Positions 23,091 through 35,771 of a DNA stretch of 64,000 nucleotides are shown here, in pieces. The notes beneath the pieces were generated by a model. The model was given only the letters and a program-made list of their open reading frames with translations, made no database searches and had not been told where the DNA came from. Position 1 is the first letter of the stretch. Each line of letters opens with the position of its first letter. The DNA lies in contig OZ038378.1 of NCBI GenBank assembly GCA_964036045.1, forward strand, positions 188,294,001-188,358,000. Reading direction: 5' to 3'. A program made the translations under genes and the position numbers. Source of the DNA: Eutreptiella sp. 'Long Island Sound 2002' (Eukaryota; Protista; Euglenida).

Positions 23091-24291
23091 AGGGAAACAC
23101 GACAAGCGATGAAATTCCTAGCAAGCAAAGCACCTCGTGGCCAAAGCACCTAGCAGCCAGTACATAGTCCCCATGGGTGCCAGAGTACCCATATTGTCAC
23201 CAAATGATGACCCAAACCCATCCCATAGCCCAGAGAAGGTTTTTGGAAAAAATCAAAATTCGAAAATTTCCAAGTGCTGTGCCTGTTTGCCTTCGCCAAT
23301 GGCGGTGTGCGCATCTGTTGGGTGAGTGTTGGGTGAGGCAAACTTTTTGTTTCAGAAGCCCCTGCCTTTAGCACACACGTCCGCCCTATGACCGAACGCC
23401 GAACCCCATGTCACCATAGATTTCAGGTCTTTTGAACATGACGGTCATGGACTCCTCCAGATGCCCCAGCCGCAACGCCCTGTGTGATCAGTCTGTGAGC
23501 CCCTTTTCAATGGAAGCGTTCTCCTATGAATTGATTGAGGGCTTCAGTTTTGGTGCTGGAACCAGAAACTGCAGCCGCGGCGACTGCGGCGTCAACACGA
23601 CTGCCTTGTGGCCCGATGACGGCTCCGAATGTGGTATGCCTTCTCGGAGTCCGTCGGAGTGCTTTGAGCTCGATGACGCTGGGTCTCCACCAAACAAGGC
23701 GGACTGGACTCATGCCCGACGCCCAGCGCTGTTTGGTTGGGGCAGTCGGAAGTGCCTTGCCATTTGTGAAGAGGCGGACCTGGCCCATTCCCTTGAGAGC
23801 TGGTGCGGATCCGATGATGCAACAGATCTGGCGCCTGCAATTTCATCGGTGTTCTCGCCTCAAGTGCGCGGGGTCACCAACTTCTAAGTGCGTTGCAACT
23901 GCGACCATAGCAACCACAGAAGTGAGGACGAGAGACCACCGCATAGGATGACGTCATCTTCTCAGGTCGTTTTTCGGTGTTTGTTTACGTTTGTTGAATT
24001 CTTGAACAACCGTCCAACGGATGTGCAAACCCCATCAGCTGGATGACTACTGCCCCCAGCTTGTCCCGGTTGGTCTATTGGCTTACAGCCGCCCCTCCGA
24101 AGCAGAAAGATGATGTCTTGTCCCTGTGCTCGGACACGGAGGTGGCGTCCGGACAGGCCAGTATTAATTGATAAAGCGTCTCTGTTGGAGCGAAGCGCCG
24201 CAAAAAGCGCCACACTGGTCTGCTTTCAATACTCTTGAGTGGCAGATTGAAAATTGCTTCTTTGTTGTTTTTTCGTTGAATTGCCATTTTG

Positions 24292-24428
<137 letters not shown>

Positions 24429-24639
24429 CTTATCGACGGAGAGAGATGTCTCGGTGTACCCAAGTTGTAGCTGTCCCTGGGCACCGACGTTGTCTGATGC
24501 TGTAGCTGCTTTTAGTTATCATGGGTTCTGCACTATTGGATCCCTATCTTTGCATAATGTCGCTATGGACATGATGTCAGTTCTTGTTTTTCTGTTCCTG
24601 TGCGACGATCTTTCCCCCCACCCCCCACCCCACGGAAAG

Positions 24640-24735
24640 CCCGTCGTCGCCAGACGATCCCATGCCGCTGCTGTTTGGACCATCTTGCCGGTCTGACAAG
24701 ATTCATTCTGCTGACCAGTGCCTGTCTGTGCTGGG
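24640..24735 (-). repeat. Dispersed ~100-bp repeat, inverted copy at 57177-57280
   Basis: The reverse complement (ACAGACAGGCACTGGTCAG...CAAGATGGTCCAAACAG..GCGGCATGGGA.CGTCTGGCGACGA) matches 57177-57280. Confidence 0.85.
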
Positions 24736-25009
24736 GGAATGCCGTTCACATAGTGCGCATACAGTGCAAACGTTTGTATGTGGACAACCATTTGAACCCT
24801 AGTGTGCAGAAACGTCCCGTAATTTGATTGTTCATAGGTGCATTGAAGTTCAAAGTTGGATTGACAGAATGTTTCACCTGTTCCTGTTGCTGATTTGCCC
24901 TGTTGTACAGTGCTGGTGATTTTGGGTGGGTTTCCGTTTTGGTGTGATTTACTGCATATGCGCACAGTGCATAAACATTCCCTGGGGCTGGTATAGGTCG
25001 TGTCGCTCA

Positions 25010-25057
<48 letters not shown>

Positions 25058-26000
25058 TCCGACCCCTGTAAGTACACCTGCTACACCCCACACTGTTCTG
25101 CTCTTGGCTTCAACCTGCATAGAGGGCGCGACGGTCAGGGTACAGGGAACAACCCACATCCAACCGAGTGCCCTGGACAACAACTGGTGTTTAAAATTGG
25201 GCCCCTCATGACCCCTGCCCTCCATGACCCCTCCTACCTGCCTTGCATCTTTGCAGGCGTCCTCAGCAACGCCAGGCCGTGGTGCCAATCATGGGGCGGG
25301 GAACTCTTGTCTGTTGCAGTGTGGCAGCAAGTGTCACGGTTGTCAGGGTTCCCCTCAAGAAAAGTGGCAAGGGCGGCACATGCAGCCATCGTCTGCAGCC
25401 TTTCCACCAGTCCCCATGACCATCACACGATGGCCCAGTACATGTATTTCATTACACCACACTACACTATCAACATGACGCTGTGGTGGCTGAAAAAACA
25501 TGCACACTGGCGCGGAGAAGCCTACAGTAGTTGGGTCATCCACCCCTCCCTGTCACCAGACGGCACAATAGGGTCCTGGAACCACGATGCTCCCCTCCTG
25601 CAAGACGTACAACAACACTCCCGCCCTCAGGGTCACCTCTGTCACCTGCCCCCCTGCCATGAAACTGAACAAATTGTGTGTGCGTGAGTAGGCGGTCACG
25701 CTTGTCTCCAAGAACTCGAAGCAACATGTAAACGGTGCTGTGCTTACAGGTGAATCATCTTCCCTCTCTCCCTCTCTTTGCGAATTTGGTGCCCAGGGGA
25801 GTGGCTGACCATGAATCAACCTGAGGGGGTAGATGAACTTGCAACTTGCTCCCCATGTCCCCATCCTCGCTACAGAACGGCGCCTAGCCACATGACTTTC
25901 CCTGTTTTGATGGCCTGATGAGGTGTTTTGAAACCAGAACCTTTTGAATGCCAGCCTGTGCTCGTCAACATTGGTCATCGGTTCGATGGTTTCTCTCACA

Positions 26001-26031
<31 letters not shown>

Positions 26032-28253
26032 CATGTTTGTGTGTGTGTGTGAGTGTACACCTGTTCGTCTCGCTTTAATCGTGTGTGTGTACATATGTGT
26101 GCATGCGTAGTGATGAGTCTCAATCCCCCCTCCATCCTCTCTGTTTCTGTGGCGCACTGCTTTGGTCTGATTGGCAATTGTTGTGGTCAAGAATGTGAGA
26201 TGACATGTGTGTCGGCCGGTGGTAGTGGGGAAGATGTGCTGGGGGTCATGCCTCTGCGAAGACTTACTCAGCCGACGACAACCTTCTGCTTGGAACTACA
26301 ACCCATTTCTGAACGATTGGACGCAACTTTGAGGGAATGTTTGCTGCATTTCGGCCTAAACCCCTTGCCTTTGTGTGGCGCATGTGAACGGGATCCCCAG
26401 GGTCTTACGTCGTCGTTTTACCTGCCTCGGGCCTTGCTTGCGCAAGGGGTCGGGGAGGGGTGCAAGTAGTGAATGTTCTCAGCTCTCTGGAATACTGAGC
26501 ATCGAGCCCATCTCATAAGCACCAGCCCATTTCAATTTCAGACCATTAGATTCATTAACACGGATCCCAATCAGCTGCATTTTCCCGTCAGTTCACTGGT
26601 TCAAGGCTGAATACCCAAATGCAACTGTGACCCTTGTCTTTGCGAATGCAAGTCTGTTTTGTTGCCCATCATTGTGATCAGAGGACAGGCACACACAGGG
26701 GGCAAGAAACAGCAGGCAGGAAGGAAAGAAGCTGACGGCATCGCTTGGAACACACTTGACCCTTAGGCCGACCGCAACAAGACAAGTTCCAGACCCCCTT
26801 CTTCCCCATCACTCTGGCCTCCGAGGGCCGCAATGCAGGCCATCCTTAGTGTGTGCCTTTGCAACAGCAGGGGGGTGACCCCTTTGCAAGAACAGTGCTC
26901 TTTGTCAGAATAACACAAGGTGTTGGGTTGTTCCGCAACTGTTAGGTGGAACAATCGAATTGGAAGCTCCATTTTCTGGTTGAGAATGAAGATCAAATTT
27001 GTTCTGAGATTTGGGGCTGGACCCCCCCCCCCCCCCGATTAGTACCCACACATGCACCCATGTATTTCCCCAGGGCGGGGGGGGGTCATTTTGAGTTCTT
27101 CAATTTTAATTACAAGGTTGGATATTGAGGTTCTCCTGTGTGTATACCCCTTGGACAATGCAGTGTTTTTGGGGCATTGTTGTGTAATTGGAATTTCTTG
27201 CATCTAAGGCAGTATGCATGTCGATCAGGATTCCTGGGAACAGGTCCTTTGTCTTTCCGGGGGGGAGGGGGGGTCGGGAACTGTCACTTTGGCTATGTTC
27301 CCCTAGGGGTGTGGGAAAACTGTCGCGCGCAGCTGGGTACTATTCAAGGGGGTGTTTTCCTCCCTTGCTTGACAACACTTTTGCTTACTCTCTGTTTGAA
27401 ACTAACCAGTCTTCCGATTCGTAAGGCCGAATGGGTGCCAGCTTTGCGCTTTGCAGGGGTTAAATATTATTTTTCTGGTGTGTCGAGTTCAGGTCTCAAT
27501 CAGCAAGCTCCTTTCTGGAGGGACCATATGTGTATACTCCTTGAGCGCCCGCTTTGGTGCACCCATGCAGATGTACATTGATAGTAGAGCACCCCAAACA
27601 AGAAGGGGACACATGGGAATTTGGCTGCGATCATGTTGACACGTACCCAGCTGGTACTGTTGTCAATTTCTAGCGTTCAGAAGGCAGTGTTGTGTTTGCC
27701 AAGATTGTGGGCCCCTCAAAGCGTGGTACCCACTCCCAGTCTATCACATATGAGCGCTCTGGTACTATGGTGACACATACAGGAAAAAAAGGGCAAAGTT
27801 CCTAGCCCTCCTCGTCAGTCAACGGCTAAGTGGGCTAACAATCTGGTCTAAGGGCTGAAATTGTCTGTGCTCAGTAAGCTGTTGCACAACAACAACGTGC
27901 AGAACAGTGCAGGACTGAACGCCAATGCGCTGTGTGGCAGGCAGTAAGAGCAAAGCAAAGCATCGTTGAGGTCCACACAACGTTTGTGGGGGGTGCAGTG
28001 GCTCGGGTGGCCCGTCCCTGCCGCCCCCCTTGAGGGGAGCAATGGTTGGTTCTGACCGACGGAATGTCCCCGCCAGTCTTCGTTTGTGGGGAATTAATGC
28101 CAAAGGGGGGGAGGATCTGGGTGGGTGGGTCTGCAGTCTAGGACCCCCCCTTTCACTTATAATGATGGCTTGGGTGGGTGGTCACAGAGCAATTGTCGAA
28201 AACAATTTCACGGCTCAGTCTGTACATGGTCCCGAGCAGTGGTGTGTCGGTCA

Positions 28254-28325
28254 CAGTCAGTGACCCAATGGATAGAGCACTAATTTTGCACATGGCTGAT
28301 GCTGGCTCAAATCCTACAGGGATCA
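28254..28325 (+). pseudogene. Degenerate tRNA-derived sequence (tRNA pseudogene or SINE head)
   Basis: A-box-like TGACCCAATGGATAGAGC and B-box-like GGCTCAAATCC at tRNA spacing. The acceptor stem does not pair. Confidence 0.5.
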
Positions 28326-28859
28326 TTGATCTCACCAGCCTTGGAGTTGTCAATGTGATTTAAAATTGGTTTTTTCATGCACACACAAGACGTCAAATGC
28401 TCACCCTGGGAGACCCCCTGAAAGGTTTATAAAGGGAGGGGGATCTGGGTGGGTGCCTTAATCTTGGGTGGGTGGGTGCCTCAAAACCCCTCTGCCCCCC
28501 CCCCCCCCCTCCCTTATAAACGAAGACCGCCAGTAAGAGGTCCGTGTCACTCAATTCTGTGGACTCACTGGTCGACTCAAGAACCCAGAAATGTTGTCCC
28601 CAACATGATCATGCACCATGATGTTGTGAGGTCATCATTCCACGGGAGACCGCGAAGCATCTGAGATACTGCAGAGCACTTGAAACTCCACCCATTGCAG
28701 TCTGTCACATCATCCACTGGGATGAACACCGAGAACTTCTCGCACTAATGTGCATCCATGCCCCCATGCCCCCCGTGTGTCTGTGCATAATGCACCCCTG
28801 GCGTTTGTACAGAATGCAGCCCCATTTGCACATTGTGCAAATGTCACAAAAACGAAACA

Positions 28860-29170
28860 GTGCAGATTCGGGGATTATGCCAAGAAGTGGCTCTGGAAAG
28901 CTGTCCCATGGCACTCCATTGGCGGTCTCACAACCCACGGTGCACCCTCAGCACCCGTACCTGAGACTCACTCCTACTATCACTCCTTGCCTGCAGTGTG
29001 CAGCGAGGCAGCCATTCCATATGCATCACAGTGCCGACGCCATATTGGCGGGCCTGGGGCGGAAACTGCTGACGCAGTTGTGCATGCTAAAGGACGGTAT
29101 ATTTGTTAAAACACGAGCCAGAACAGCAATGTTGTTCTGGACAGCCCTCCACCAGAAAGACACTGCACCC
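28860..29170 (+). pseudogene. L1/Tx1-like retrotransposon C-terminal zinc-binding (zf-RVT-like) remnant
   Basis: DYAKKWLWKAVP...VPETH...C. A related segment lies on the minus strand at 29520-29750. Confidence 0.4.
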
Positions 29171-29519
29171 TAGAACACTCCATGAAAATCATAGTGCACT
29201 ACCCCCCTCTTCTCTTCACCTACACCTTCGCTTAGCTCACAGAGTGGGGGCTATGCTCGCATACGCTACTGACATCATGTTGGCTTCCCTCCAGTGGTGT
29301 AATCAGTGCACTTGTGACGTGTGCGTGGAGTACGAATAGGTTGCCAAGTCCCTCATGCGACACCAGCGCTGGGACATGGAGTTAAGTAGTCGCTTCCTCC
29401 GGTATGCTCAATCCATGGAAGCCTCTCTTCTACAGCCCTTTTACAAGCGCATGCGACAGTGTTACGGATTTTAACGCCAACAACGGCTGATCCAACAGCA
29501 ACTCCTGCAGAGGCACTTG

Positions 29520-29750
29520 CTACCCCGCCGGCGCCCGCACCGGGCCAAACGCCTTGTGCACTGCATCCGTCGCAAAACCCATGAACTTGCAAAATGCAAC
29601 CGCATGTCTTGTCATTTTCGGCACCGCACTGAGAATGCAATTTGGCTGGTGGTGCACATGTTGTGTGCGCATTTCCACCGACAGCTTGCTCCACAAAGTG
29701 TGCCGCATGAAGTCCTTAGCCCTGCCCGGTAATCGAAGTGTATCAAACAC
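29520..29750 (-). pseudogene. Second zf-RVT-like LINE C-terminal remnant
   Basis: KDFMRHTLWSKLSV...PNCIL...TRHAVAFCKF fits the RDF..K.LW.KL.V...C....ET..H...C.F pattern. Confidence 0.4.
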
Positions 29751-30131
29751 TTCAGAGGCTTGTCGCTATGGCGGAGACCCCAGCAGTTTCAGGTGAGAGA
29801 AAAAAGCCCCCGATGCCATGTTTGACGAAATAGGAGGCAGCCCCTTCACCGGGTGCTGCTGCCACCACTGCATCTGTTGCTGATACACCTCTTGCCATGT
29901 CGGCGGTAATACTTTGATATTGCACTGCAACACTTGCTACAACGTCGTCACACCTCGTCGCACTAGCGCCCGGGAGTAATAGATGCCGAGTGCAATTTGG
30001 CGTTTCTAAAGAATATATTGTGCCACACAGGCATAGTGCGTACCTGATCAATCTGCAGCGGGGCCGGGGCTCCACGTCATAACGGAGAATAGCATTTGCA
30101 TGCCCTCGGCAGCAGTGAACGTACCCCCCGT

Positions 30132-30700
30132 CCCCCTTGCGCAAGCACAGCCGCGGTCCCAAAAGTCATGTGAAAACGGCAGTTCAACGCCCACCCCGTG
30201 CTTAGACAAGGCCGTGCATGCGCGCGACACACGTGACAGCAAACCAAAGGTGTGGGGGAGCCCATAGATGGGAATGGCGAGGGGCTGTGAATGGGTAAGA
30301 GCACTTTATCAAAAGCGGCATTATGCTCAATCTCCTTCCCATTCCGCATGTACTTCAAATGGATGTAGTTGTCCCCATGATGAAAGGGACCAAAAATATT
30401 GGCAGACACATGTTCCCCTGTGCTCCGAACGTACGTGACAGCCATGCCGGGAATAACATTATTAGCCATGGCTGAAAACACATCAGAACCAACAACATGG
30501 GGTTGCAATGTGCGGTACAATGTTGTCATGAATACAATGCACAATCACAAACACGACTGAGCACCTTTTCCCTGTACAAACACTCTACAAACACCCAATC
30601 CTCCATTCTGGACCACAAAAACAGCGGTCCCAAAATTTCCTCAAAACGGCGGTTCAATGCCCACCCCGTGCTTAGACAAGGCCGTGCATGCGCAAGGGGG
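30132..30700. mobile_element. Non-autonomous TIR element E7 (569 bp), CCCCC-terminal type
   Basis: Perfect 12-bp TIR CCCCCTTGCGCA / TGCGCAAGGGGG, flanked by GT on both sides. An ~50-bp direct subterminal repeat AAACGGC.GTTCAA.GCCCACCCCGTGCTTAGACAAGGCCGTGCATGCGC lies at ~30173-30222 and ~30644-30693. Confidence 0.8.
30290..30469 (-). CDS. Tudor/KOW/SH3-like small beta-barrel domain ORF (cargo of E7)
   Basis: MANNVIPGMAVTYVRSTGEHVSANIFGPFHHGDNYIHLKYMRNGKEIEH aligns by eye with the ORF at 31808-31996. The fold call is inference. Confidence 0.4.
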
Positions 30701-31543
30701 GTACCCCTTTAACAATGGCTAGCTGACAAAACGGCAAGAAATCTGGGGCTAATGAAGACCCAACCTGCGCCGCCCAACGCACACAGTCCGCCGCCCACGG
30801 TCCATGATACTGCTTGCGATTCTTGACGAATGACACCATAGCTACGCAAAAATGAATTTGGCATACGCCGGCAGTGGTTGCATCTGCAGCACCTCTCCAC
30901 TACGCACTTCCGCAACCATGCTAGGGCCCAACCCCGGGGTGTGACCAGCAATGGAAGTGTGTAGGTTTGTGCACCCAAGGGCTAATCATGTGGGCGGCGG
31001 TGCAGGTGTTCTAGCGTTTGCGGTGTGATGCGGTGTTCAAGGATGCTTTACCAAACCTGCATGAGTTTGTGTCCAGATGGTAGTCAGTGTTACTCTGGGG
31101 GGTCACATCCGATGAAACTTCTTTGCATAGACAGGAAGCAGTGCATGTCTACCATGAGGTACAGAATTTTCTGCATGGACAGTCAATGTTTGCTGGGGGG
31201 GGACTGTGGCCCCGCAGAAAACAATCGTACCACATTGCAGCACAAGCTGCCCAAATGGATAAAATGGGCATCGCTATTGCCAAATATGCAGCGAGTCATT
31301 GATGAAAAGCTAGCCAACGGTTTTATGCCTACTCTATGTGATACTCGTGTCCTCTAGGTCCTTGATGGTTGCTCTATATCATAACCTTCTTCTCAAGGCC
31401 CCTGCTGGCTGTTCTATATCATACTCGTGCCCTCCAGGCCCTTGATGGCCATTCTATAGCATACTCGTGTGCTCTAGGCACTTAGTGGCTGTTGTGTATC
31501 TTACTCTTGTCCTGTAGACCGTTCATGGTTGTTCTATATCATA

Positions 31544-32183
31544 GGGGGCGCCTTAAGCGAAGTGCGTGTGCAGTGCGCGCACAGTGCAACTATTGTTGTT
31601 GTTTGGTAGTAGGTTTTGATGCATTGGGGATCTGTCTGTTTTGGATGTTCACCGTGTTTCACCCATTTCTACTTTTTTGCACACATTTTTTGCCCATTTC
31701 CACCACATCTACTCTTTTTCTCGGTTGATGGATATGGTGATACACTTTGAGGGTGCCTGCTACAGGACATCATATTTCCCTCCTCATTCCTCAGGCCCAC
31801 TTTCTCCATGGATCTCAAAACTGGGGATAGGGTGTTCTGCACCCGCTCCAATGGCCCGCGACCTCGTGCCACGGTGGTTGGGACGGCTGAAGACGGACTC
31901 CTCCACTTGGAATACTCCCAAGATGGGTTGAGAGTGGTGAATTGGCAATGCAAGATGGAGTCCATCTCCTTTGCCATCCCAAGACTTGCCACCTGACTGC
32001 CCTCCATCTCCGCTGCCCAACACACAATCAAGTTCCCCCCCAAAGGCCCTTGGTCCTTCACCACAAGAACCGGGAAGGTCCCCCTCAAGAGGTCCCCTCC
32101 AGTCCACTTTGGGTTGCCTAATTCTAAGGGTGTTTCCAAGGGGCGTGCCTAGGGGCTCTTCGGGGGGAACATAGTCTAAAAGT
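31544..32183 (+). mobile_element. TIR element E3 (640 bp), GGGGG-terminal family, right terminus missing
   Basis: Left end GGGGGCGCCTTAAGCG is identical to E4. The 3' module CTAATTCTAAGGG...GGGGGGAACATAGTCTAAAAGT is shared with E2 and E4. Flanked by ATA/ATA within the tandem repeat unit (TATC-ATA-CTTG). Confidence 0.8.
31808..31996 (+). CDS. 62-aa Tudor/KOW/SH3-like microprotein ORF (cargo of E3)
   Basis: Intact ATG-to-TGA ORF MDLKTGDRVFCTRSNGPRPRATVVGTAEDGLLHLEYSQDG..., with the G.RV....G....ATVV.......HLEY beta-barrel pattern. Homologous to 30290-30469. Confidence 0.45.
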   Translation: MDLKTGDRVFCTRSNGPRPRATVVGTAEDGLLHLEYSQDGLRVVNWQCKMESISFAIPRLAT

Positions 32184-35100
32184 ATACTTGTCTCCTCCAG
32201 GCCCTTTCTGGCTCTTCTATGGTGCTCGTTGTGTGCCTATGACTGTCATTGGGCACTCCGACATAGCCAAGTCACAGGGCTTTCCTGCAGCACGGCTCTC
32301 CCCCCTAGTTGAATGGGGGTGACATTGGACAACCGAGGTCATCGTGCACCCCGGTAGTGTATTTTGTAGAAGAAGTTTAGACCTTCGGAGCTCGTGCACG
32401 GCGCAAGGAGTAACGAGCCATCAAGGGTCTAGAGGACACAACATCAGGGGCCTAGAGGACACTAGTACGATCTACAATATCCATCATGGGCCTAAAGGAG
32501 ACAAGTATGAAATAGAACAACCATCAAGGGCCTAGAGGATACCATACGAGGATACGAGAGGAGACGGGTATTATGTAGATTAGCCACCAAGGCTGTAGAG
32601 GATACAAGTATGACCAAGAACACCTATCAAGGGCCTACAGGACACGAGTATGATACAAAACAACCATCAAGCACCTAGAGGACATGAATATGATATGCAA
32701 CAACCACGGATATGATATAGGAGAGCCATCAAGGGCCAAGAGGACACAAGTATGATATAGAACGGGTATCAGAGGGCTTGAGGAGACGGGTATGATGTAG
32801 AACACCCATGATGGACCAAGAGGACACAAGTATGATATTGAACAATATATGGGCCCTTGGTAGGCTGCCGCGGCTTTTCCAAGCCCACCATTCAAAGTAG
32901 GGAGGTTGTTATTGGAGATGATTTCATGTAGGGGGGCAGGCCAGGGCATGGTGCCTGGGAGGAGTGTCAAGAGGCACACATGCTCAGGCAGTGGAATCGG
33001 CTTGGACATCCAGTCCATTATCATCCCATCGGATGGGGGATCCCGTGAGCTGGACGCCATCCGTGAAGTGCAGGGTTGGACGTTTTGGGGACCCCGTGAG
33101 TTGTTTAGCGCAGGTGTACCCCTGAGGATTGGTGCAGAGACGTTTGTTAAGCATGCCCCCTCGCGACGGAAGCCGTTTTCGTTTGAGGAGGAGGCTGTGG
33201 ACGATTTCGGATTCCACGGCCAGGTGGCGTTCCTTGTAAGACCGGGCCTTTGTCAACTAGTTGAACACTATCAACCACTGCATAACGTGTGTAGTGGCTA
33301 CGAACCCCCCCCCCCCCCCCGGCGCAGCCGCGTCGGATGGGCCTGGACAGGGGGCCTCCACCACCGGGTTTCGCTTCAGCAGATACCCCTCCCGGGGAAG
33401 GTGCGATTCGGATGGGGCAGCGGTACCACTGCCATAACAAGTGCTGCACATCGGGAGCTGCGGTGGGTGTGATGTCCTCTGGCAAGCCTCACTAGTATCA
33501 AAACCTCCCGGTCTGGTCCTGTGGTCCAGTGGCTCGACCCTGACCTCATGCATCATGTCTCGGACTGTGCACCACTGCCCGTGTGTCTGTGATGCCATGG
33601 CACAGTGTGGGATCTGCAATACTGCCACTGCTTGCGGGTGAGCGCAGATACTCCACTGACTGCTAAGCGTAGGGCACACAGTGCCCCCGGTTAGTACCAT
33701 GAAATGACATGGTGTGTGTGTGTGTGTGTGTGTGTGTGTACATGTGTATGAACGACGATGGAACACAGAAGGGGGATACACAGTGCGCTGAAAAGAGCAG
33801 AGTGTGTCCGGATTCACTGTGCCTTGGTCGCCCAGGTTCAGCGGTGTCCTGTTACCCCCGAGTCCAACGCGGGGCAGCCTGCGACGCCGTGACAGGTCAG
33901 CAACAGGGTCTCAGAGCCCGTCGCTTCAGGCAACGTCAATACTAGTGCTGGACACATTTCCATCCATCCCATCCCCCCCTGCAGCGTCCCCTGCATGGAG
34001 ACATGCCTCCCCCGCATGAAGCTGTAGGTTACCCAATTCATGTTGTACATACTCTCTGGGCCTAAATGCCCACGCACACCGGAGGCCACATGGCCTAAAC
34101 TCAGTCCGGTGTCAGCAACAAAAACAAACAATACATAGGCCCTTGGTAGATAAAAAAAATGGTCGAGATTTGTCGTTTTATAAAACCTTTTAAAATCCTC
34201 AACACTCCGCCGTCAGCGCCCGGCGATCCCGATCGCCGCACCCGGCGATTCAAATCTCAAATTTGAAAAAATTCTGAGATCCTTTGAGTAAAATCGCCCT
34301 GCAAACCCCGATTTCATTACAGTAACCCCAAAAGCTGGATCTATTCCTATCCGAGTGAGGTAAAATCTCCGAAGTTACCTTGAAGACTGTGCGAGACGTT
34401 GGGGGGCACCCCGCTACACATAGGTGGACCATGGGGAGTAGGAAGGGAGGGGGGCGGGGGGTTATACCCACCTTAATCCATGATCCGGTTCATTTTCAGG
34501 GGGGTTGGGGGGGTTACCACAAATTTTTCAAGCAAATATTTCAACAAAATTTTTTTCAACAAAATTTAATATAAATTTCCAAACTGAAATTTGTGTCGAT
34601 TTTCTACCTTTCATCCATCCGGCCTTTCTCCCATAATTTGTTGCGTTTTTCGTCCCATTTTGCCCCCACCTTCTGTCTCATGGTGAGTAACTTTCCTCCA
34701 CCAATTCAACAAGCATCGCACATCTCTCTGTGGATTTCACCATTGCAAGTGAGATGCACTCCTTTGGTTGGGGGCTTCATGGATCAGAGGGATGCTTGTG
34801 GTGGTTTGTGGCTCGCCCATGGGGGCCCCACATAGGACGAGGACAAGCCCCCTCCCCGGGCGATGGGTAATTTCATATCTTTCATAAATTTCGTAAATTT
34901 CACCACTTTTTCCACCCCGAAATGTCGATTCCTAAACTTCATGAAAATTTTGAATCCTAGGTTACCACCACTCCGATCGATGCGGATCCATTTTTAATGC
35001 ATGTGATCCATGTTTGCCAATCGGTGGTGTACATTGTTACGATGATGTAAACAACATCGGAATTCTGTTTTTTTTTTATGAACTGTTCTTTAGCATGTTT

Positions 35101-35771
35101 TTTGGATCAAGAATTTAGGTTATGGACGAACAAGTTTGTTGCAAGTGACTTAAGAATTTTGTTGTGTATCAATGACTTGCTTCACGGTGTTCTTTGGATC
35201 AGGTTTGTTGCAAATTGTGGATGAATCATTGTGTTGTGAATGTAGAACTTTGTTGTTCACCAATGCTTTTCCTCATTGTGTTTTTTGGGTCAAGAACTAA
35301 AAACTCTATTGTGGAGTAGCCGCATTATCGCCGAGCAATAATTGCATGTGCCAAAGACCTTGATTTGAATTTGTTTGCTTTGCAACTTGTGCCCCAAGCC
35401 ACATCAAGAACTTTTGTGGTTCCACTTTTGTTTCTCATGTACTTGATTTTGTTTCTGGGTTGCCAACCTCTTTGTATTTTTGCACTCTTACTTAGATTCA
35501 GAACGAATTATGAGTGATGTGCCCAATGCTACTTAGGAAGTTCACCTTCTTCCATCCAATTTAGCAGGCTTTGAAAGTCATCAATCATCTCAATTTCCTT
35601 TGTTTGTGCATGCCCATTGCGGCTGTACATTGGAAGGTTGGTGTAAGAAGTGGTGAGCTCGGGGCTACTGGTAGTCGGCACACCGCAGCTTTTTGGAGAT
35701 TTTTTGGGTTTGATCCATTTTGGAGGGTAGGAATGGGGGAGTGGGAGGGTCCACCTCCAACCCTAATCTAA

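Larger units (their letters stand above)
31330..32850. repeat. Degenerate ~38-45-bp tandem arrays in opposite orientations
   Basis: ATACTCGTGTCCTCTAGG.CCTTGATGGTTGTTCTATATC units at 31330-31543 and 32184-32240. The reverse complement GATATAGAACAACCATCAAGGGCCTAGAGGACACGAGTAT occurs at ~32415-32850. Confidence 0.85.

Noticed and set aside
23400-24250. Coding-like segments on both strands
   Set aside because: No recognisable motif, internal stops, and no consistent splice pattern.
25905-25945. Hammerhead ribozyme (CTGATGA...GAAAC)
   Set aside because: The core motifs are present, but stems II and III do not pair convincingly.
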